A stretch of DNA of 64,000 bases from a virus (taxonomy: Duplodnaviria; Caudoviricetes), in the IMG/VR virus record IMGVR_UViG_3300043021_000113; one strand, 5' to 3'. Numbering within the stretch: the stretch's first letter is position 1; every line of letters begins with the position of its first letter. The translations under genes and the position numbers were made by a program. Under the pieces are notes generated by a model. The model was given only the letters and a program-made list of their open reading frames with translations, had not been told where the DNA came from and searched no databases. Below are positions 60,068-64,000 of the stretch, piece after piece.

Positions 60068-60881
60068 TTGATAAGTATTTAATGTCAATGTGAGCTTTGG
60101 CAGAAGTACGTAAGTTGAAAAAATGTTGCCAATCTGACACATAAGCTGTATGCATAAATTCTGTCTTAGTATCTAAAGGCAAAATAGTTCTTGCTTCTTG
60201 AGGTTGCCATCCTGCTTGAATTAATCTTTGATAACAAAACTCGCTTGTTTTATTAGCTAATAACCAATAAGCAATAGGTACAACTTCAGGAGTGCCTAAA
60301 CAAGCTTCAAATAATTCTCTAAGCGTTGTGTCACTTCTTTTTACTAATTCCTCATCAATAAAAGTTGGAAGACTTATGCTTATTTGATTATTGAATTTGT
60401 CCTTTGTATAATCACAAAATCTGGTTGATTCTTCGCATATACTGGCTGTTCTATGACGATTTGCTTCTCTACTAACTGCAATCTGAGAGTTAAATAAAGC
60501 ACTTACTTTTAATTCGTGGTAATCTGTGGGTTTATCATTTAAGAATTCCAAACAATACAAAAGGTCTTCTTCAATTATTACACGATAATTGGTAGTAATA
60601 TATGCTAAATTTTCAATAATAACTACTCTTGAATAATTATTATTAATGAAAATGTCAACGTATACATAATCTTTGGGTATTGTTAAATAAACCGTGCCAT
60701 GTTCTAGCACTGCACCATGGTTGGCATCAACCATGCGACTAACGAATTTTTCTGCGCTATCATCTGTTATCTTATCATGTGATTTGTAACAAATGCGACC
60801 TGCAAATTCTATCTGTTTATATATACCAAGCAATCCTGGTTCTTGATCTATAATTTCAACCTTTGGTTTAACTATTAGCAT
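60027..60881 (-). CDS. thyX: FAD-dependent thymidylate synthase ThyX
   Basis: AGRICYKS, HGAVLEH, SREANRHR.AS..EESTRF, QEARTILP, FFNLR..AH. Confidence 0.92.
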   Translation of the reverse strand: MLIVKPKVEIIDQEPGLLGIYKQIEFAGRICYKSHDKITDDSAEKFVSRMVDANHGAVLEHGTVYLTIPKDYVYVDIFINNNYSRVVIIENLAYITTNYRVIIEEDLLYCLEFLNDKPTDYHELKVSALFNSQIAVSREANRHRTASICEESTRFCDYTKDKFNNQISISLPTFIDEELVKRSDTTLRELFEACLGTPEVVPIAYWLLANKTSEFCYQRLIQAGWQPQEARTILPLDTKTEFMHTAYVSDWQHFFNLRTSAKAHIDIKYLSNELRKQFSEKELC

Positions 60882-61431
60882 ATTTTAATTTTCTTTCTTT
60901 TAAGATATTTTTTATTTCTTCCCAACTCAACGGAAACATATTGTGACAATCTAAACCAACATCTAAACGTTGAGGATTGCAAAAATCCATACAATTTATT
61001 TTTCCGTGAGTGTGCGCATGCAAGCAGACTCCTCCTGCTTGTTGTTTCCACCATTCAAACAATGGATAATGGCATAAATGCACATAATAATTTATCTCTT
61101 CACGAATTTTTAAATAAAGCATATCGTAACATTCTTCAAAATATTTTTCAATTGAATTTTCGTCATGATTTCCGCTAATTAATATTTTTTTACCGTTTAG
61201 TTGATCCAATATATGTTCGCAATGTTCAAGACGTTTCCAACTTACATCACCGAGGATGTAAGTTGTACTATTTCTTGATATTTTTTTATTCCAATTTTCA
61301 ATTATTAATTCGTGCATTTCTTCAACATCTTTTACAGGCCTATTTGCAAATTTAATTACTCCAGAATGGCACAAATGCAAATCTCCAGTAAAAAATAAAT
61401 CATCTGTACATTTAATCTCTTTTATTTTCAT
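60868..61431 (-). CDS. Calcineurin-like metallophosphoesterase
   Basis: DLHLCH, LGDV, GNHD, HYP, HAHTH, DVGLD. Confidence 0.88.
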   Translation of the reverse strand: MKIKEIKCTDDLFFTGDLHLCHSGVIKFANRPVKDVEEMHELIIENWNKKISRNSTTYILGDVSWKRLEHCEHILDQLNGKKILISGNHDENSIEKYFEECYDMLYLKIREEINYYVHLCHYPLFEWWKQQAGGVCLHAHTHGKINCMDFCNPQRLDVGLDCHNMFPLSWEEIKNILKERKLKYANS

Positions 61432-61460
61432 ATCTTTTTAAAAGATTTTCTGTGTTTTGT

Positions 61461-61643
61461 TCAATAACAATTTTTTTCTATAATATTATTTAAAATTTTA
61501 TGTTCTATTGAAAAATAAGCTTCTTTTAAAATATCTTTTAATTTATTATAAAATAAATTATTTTCAGAAATACCAGAATAATTCAAAGTCATTTCTGTTG
61601 CCATAAGACATAATAATTCTTTATTTTTCAAATCAAAATCCAT
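61461..61643 (-). CDS. Small hypothetical protein
   Basis: 60 aa ORF overlapping the ligase stop, co-oriented. Confidence 0.55.
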   Translation of the reverse strand: MDFDLKNKELLCLMATEMTLNYSGISENNLFYNKLKDILKEAYFSIEHKILNNIIEKNCY

Positions 61644-62799
61644 TAGCTCTTACACTTTTAAAAACCGGTAAGAATGGGCGTCCATCATCTGTTAAGTAAA
61701 AATATTTAATGGTTGCTTTCTTACCAATTAATTTGTCAATTTCTTTAAAATATCTTTCCTTAAGCTCTCTTGAACCCATAGGTTTTGCTTGAAATGCTAA
61801 GCCATTTTTGGTTTTTAAATCAAAAACCATGTCTTCAGTTCCTCTTAAGCCTAAAGTACAGCCTGTAATTTCAAACTCTTCATCTTTAAATTCTTTAATC
61901 TTTATCCATGCAACACTTCTTCCTGATCTATAAAAGCTGTTTTCATCTCTGATAACTGCTCCTTCGTAACCTTGACTAACGAAGTTGTCATGGTTTAATT
62001 TTATTTCATCCCAGCCAAAAACTGGTTTATGTTCAACAACTTTTATTTTTGACTCATCTCTGAAATATTCTTCTAACTTTTCAAGTAAAACTAATCTTTC
62101 AGAAAATTTCTTATCAGTAAGTGCTAAATCGAAAATGTGAAATTCTAATTGTAAAGTTCTTTCATCTGGTTTCTCTAATCTTGAAAGACCAGATAAAACT
62201 TCAAGACTTACTCCGTGCGAATATAATTCACCATCTAATATTAAATATCTTCTAGCTTTTAATAATTTAACCAACTTTGGATTTGATGTTAAATGACTAA
62301 CTGATTTTTGATAAAGCTTACCTCCTCTTGACCAAGCAACCACTTTATCTAATTTATCATCCCATTTCATAAGACATCTGCAACCGTCTAGTTTGGCTGA
62401 TATTAAATATCTTCGTTGAAAAATTTCTGGTTTAAGTCTTGAACCATCTTTTGCAAGCATTGGTTTTATTAATCCTTGTTGATCCGTTACTTCATCTCCA
62501 AGAAATTTTAAACAATCATTTTCTGTTAATTTTTGAAATTCTTCTAATGTTGTATTTTCTAAGCTTTTATAACCTCTATCTTTATAACGGATAATTAAAC
62601 TGTTTTTTTCAAGTTCTACTTGTTGATCAATTGTTCTTCCTGCTTTTCCTTCTTTTATTTCTAAATCAGGTTGTAAAGTGTCTTTTTTACCTATAAATCC
62701 AGAAGCTCTTTTTAATATCTTATAATTTTTCTTATCTTCTACCCATACTTTAATAAATCTTATTTTGTCTTTTTGATCTTTAGTTATCAGAAATTCCAT
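61633..62799 (-). CDS. ATP-dependent DNA ligase
   Basis: KPMLA, AKLDGCR, LDGELY, FHIFD, EGAVIR, KIKEF, C-terminal OB-fold (GRPFLPVF); ATG 62799. Confidence 0.92.
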   Translation of the reverse strand: MEFLITKDQKDKIRFIKVWVEDKKNYKILKRASGFIGKKDTLQPDLEIKEGKAGRTIDQQVELEKNSLIIRYKDRGYKSLENTTLEEFQKLTENDCLKFLGDEVTDQQGLIKPMLAKDGSRLKPEIFQRRYLISAKLDGCRCLMKWDDKLDKVVAWSRGGKLYQKSVSHLTSNPKLVKLLKARRYLILDGELYSHGVSLEVLSGLSRLEKPDERTLQLEFHIFDLALTDKKFSERLVLLEKLEEYFRDESKIKVVEHKPVFGWDEIKLNHDNFVSQGYEGAVIRDENSFYRSGRSVAWIKIKEFKDEEFEITGCTLGLRGTEDMVFDLKTKNGLAFQAKPMGSRELKERYFKEIDKLIGKKATIKYFYLTDDGRPFLPVFKSVRANGF

Positions 62800-63151
62800 C
62801 TTTAACCTCACTTTCTTTTTCTGGCTTATAGGTAAATTTATAAACAGAATTTAAAGTTTTAAATTCTCCTGTTGTGTCACTTGTCCATTTAAAATCATTT
62901 ACTGTTGAAGTGTTAAACCATTTTGTGGCATTTTCTATACGAACACCTAATCCTTTAACTATACCATAAGAAAAACCACTAACAGTAAAACCATTTTTAA
63001 TTAATTTTTGATTTACTCCAGATTCTTTAGTTATTGTGTAAATTCCAGGTTTTCCTTCTTTATACATTTCAGCGATTGAATCTTGCATTTCATTTAATAA
63101 TTCTTGAAAATGCTCTAAATCTCCAATATTAACCTTTAAAATTTTATCCAT
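62780..63151 (-). CDS. Hypothetical protein
   Basis: ORF 62780..63178; ATG 63151 likely; WFNTSTV..FKTLNSVY. Confidence 0.65.
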   Translation of the reverse strand: MDKILKVNIGDLEHFQELLNEMQDSIAEMYKEGKPGIYTITKESGVNQKLIKNGFTVSGFSYGIVKGLGVRIENATKWFNTSTVNDFKWTSDTTGEFKTLNSVYKFTYKPEKESEVKDGISDN

Positions 63152-63897
63152 GATATAATCTTTTTTATAATTAAACACTTTTCAAATTTATTCATAATGT
63201 CTTTTTTATCATTTGTTATTCCTGACAAAAAATTTTCTAATAAATCAAGTTTCGTGAACTCTTGTTTATCTCCTAAATAATATGTGCTGTCTCTATCAAC
63301 ACAAAAATTAATATAAGTTGATATTGCATCTTTAGGAGAAACTTTAATTTTTCCAGAATCGTTCAAATAAAACTCGTTTACACATCCTCTCACCCAGGAG
63401 CCTAAATAAGTATCCATCAACTGACGCGAAAGTTTACAATCTTCAAAATTACAAATAAAATTTTTAAAATCATTTGTTTTTTCAAGTAATTTATCAACAA
63501 CCGAATAAGTCAAAATTTCGTCTTCTTCTATTTCTTGACGTTCTAAAAAACTTTCATCATGAGCAATTAAATTTCCATTGTCTTCATTATAAAAAGCCCT
63601 GTAAAATTTAGCAACTGGCTTTTTAATATCTAAAGCATAACAAAAACCCATAACTTCTTTGAAACCTTCAATTTCACTTTTTAATATAGCAAGAATGCTT
63701 ACTTTATTAAAAACAACATCCCAGTTTTCACGAGAACCTGTCAATTGATCCGGAGTTTGAACATTTATAATGAACTTTTCTGTTAGTGGCTCTAATTTCT
63801 CAATAAAAGGTTTACAATATTTTTCAGAATTGAAATATTGTTTATTTTTAATTATTGTTGCTTTACCAGTGTAAAGTTCTTTAATATTAACTATCAT
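63136..63897 (-). CDS. Conserved crAss-like protein (DUF932-like)
   Basis: GKATIIKNKQYF..Y..PF and YALDIKKPVAKFY resemble a crAss family recalled from memory. Confidence 0.45.
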   Translation of the reverse strand: MIVNIKELYTGKATIIKNKQYFNSEKYCKPFIEKLEPLTEKFIINVQTPDQLTGSRENWDVVFNKVSILAILKSEIEGFKEVMGFCYALDIKKPVAKFYRAFYNEDNGNLIAHDESFLERQEIEEDEILTYSVVDKLLEKTNDFKNFICNFEDCKLSRQLMDTYLGSWVRGCVNEFYLNDSGKIKVSPKDAISTYINFCVDRDSTYYLGDKQEFTKLDLLENFLSGITNDKKDIMNKFEKCLIIKKIISWIKF

Positions 63898-64000
63898 CTA
63901 CTAAGCATTAATAATTGTTTAACTTTTTTTTCTAATAATTCTCCTGAATTTATAACTTCAATTTTTTTTTCAAGATTTTTTACTAAATGTCTTTTTTCTA
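63894..64000 (-). CDS. 3' end of a gene starting beyond the window
   Basis: Open frame EKRHLVKNLEKKIEVINSGELLEKKVKQLLMLSR* with ATGA overlap to the next gene. Confidence 0.5.
   Translation of the reverse strand, partial: EKRHLVKNLEKKIEVINSGELLEKKVKQLLMLSR

Noticed and set aside
1-64000. Stop-codon reassignment (TAG->Gln or TGA->Trp) as in some crAss-like phages
   Set aside because: Genes up to 8.7 kb are intact in the standard code and all gene breaks are explained by introns. TGA is used as a stop with ATGA overlaps. The only TAG stop I found (9286-9288) is followed by TGA, which is suggestive but not evidence of recoding.
1-64000. CRISPR array, DGR (reverse transcriptase/TR-VR) or invertible repeats
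   Set aside because: No regularly spaced repeats, RT motifs or recombinase seen by eye; a self-dotplot would be needed to exclude long imperfect repeats.

Overview
AT-rich window from a crAss-like (Crassvirales) Bacteroidota phage. The + strand (1-55222) carries the late/virion module: a ferritin-like gene, an acidic putative scaffold, the major capsid protein, ring/tail/muzzle proteins, cargo proteins, an M15 endolysin and four giant ejection-type proteins (SF1 helicase-containing, virion RNA polymerase, double-zincin, PD-(D/E)xK nuclease). The - strand (55293-64000) carries an SLT-like muramidase, a spanin-like gene, dNMP kinase, ThyX, a metallophosphoesterase, an ATP-dependent DNA ligase and hypotheticals. 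Four group I introns could be delimited to the nucleotide by hand. Three interrupt the capsid gene (one encodes a GIY-YIG/NUMOD1 homing endonuclease) and one splits the catalytic DFDID motif of the RNA polymerase. The most unusual unexplained signals are: (i) a head-to-tail cysteine pattern across the four giant proteins, suggesting a disulfide-linked ejection chain; (ii) a K-(F/L/M)-Q-x-G-G motif shared by several cargo proteins at termini and segment borders; (iii) a promoter-driven antisense tRNA-like small RNA in the late operon. All family calls come from motif recognition by eye; no searches were run.
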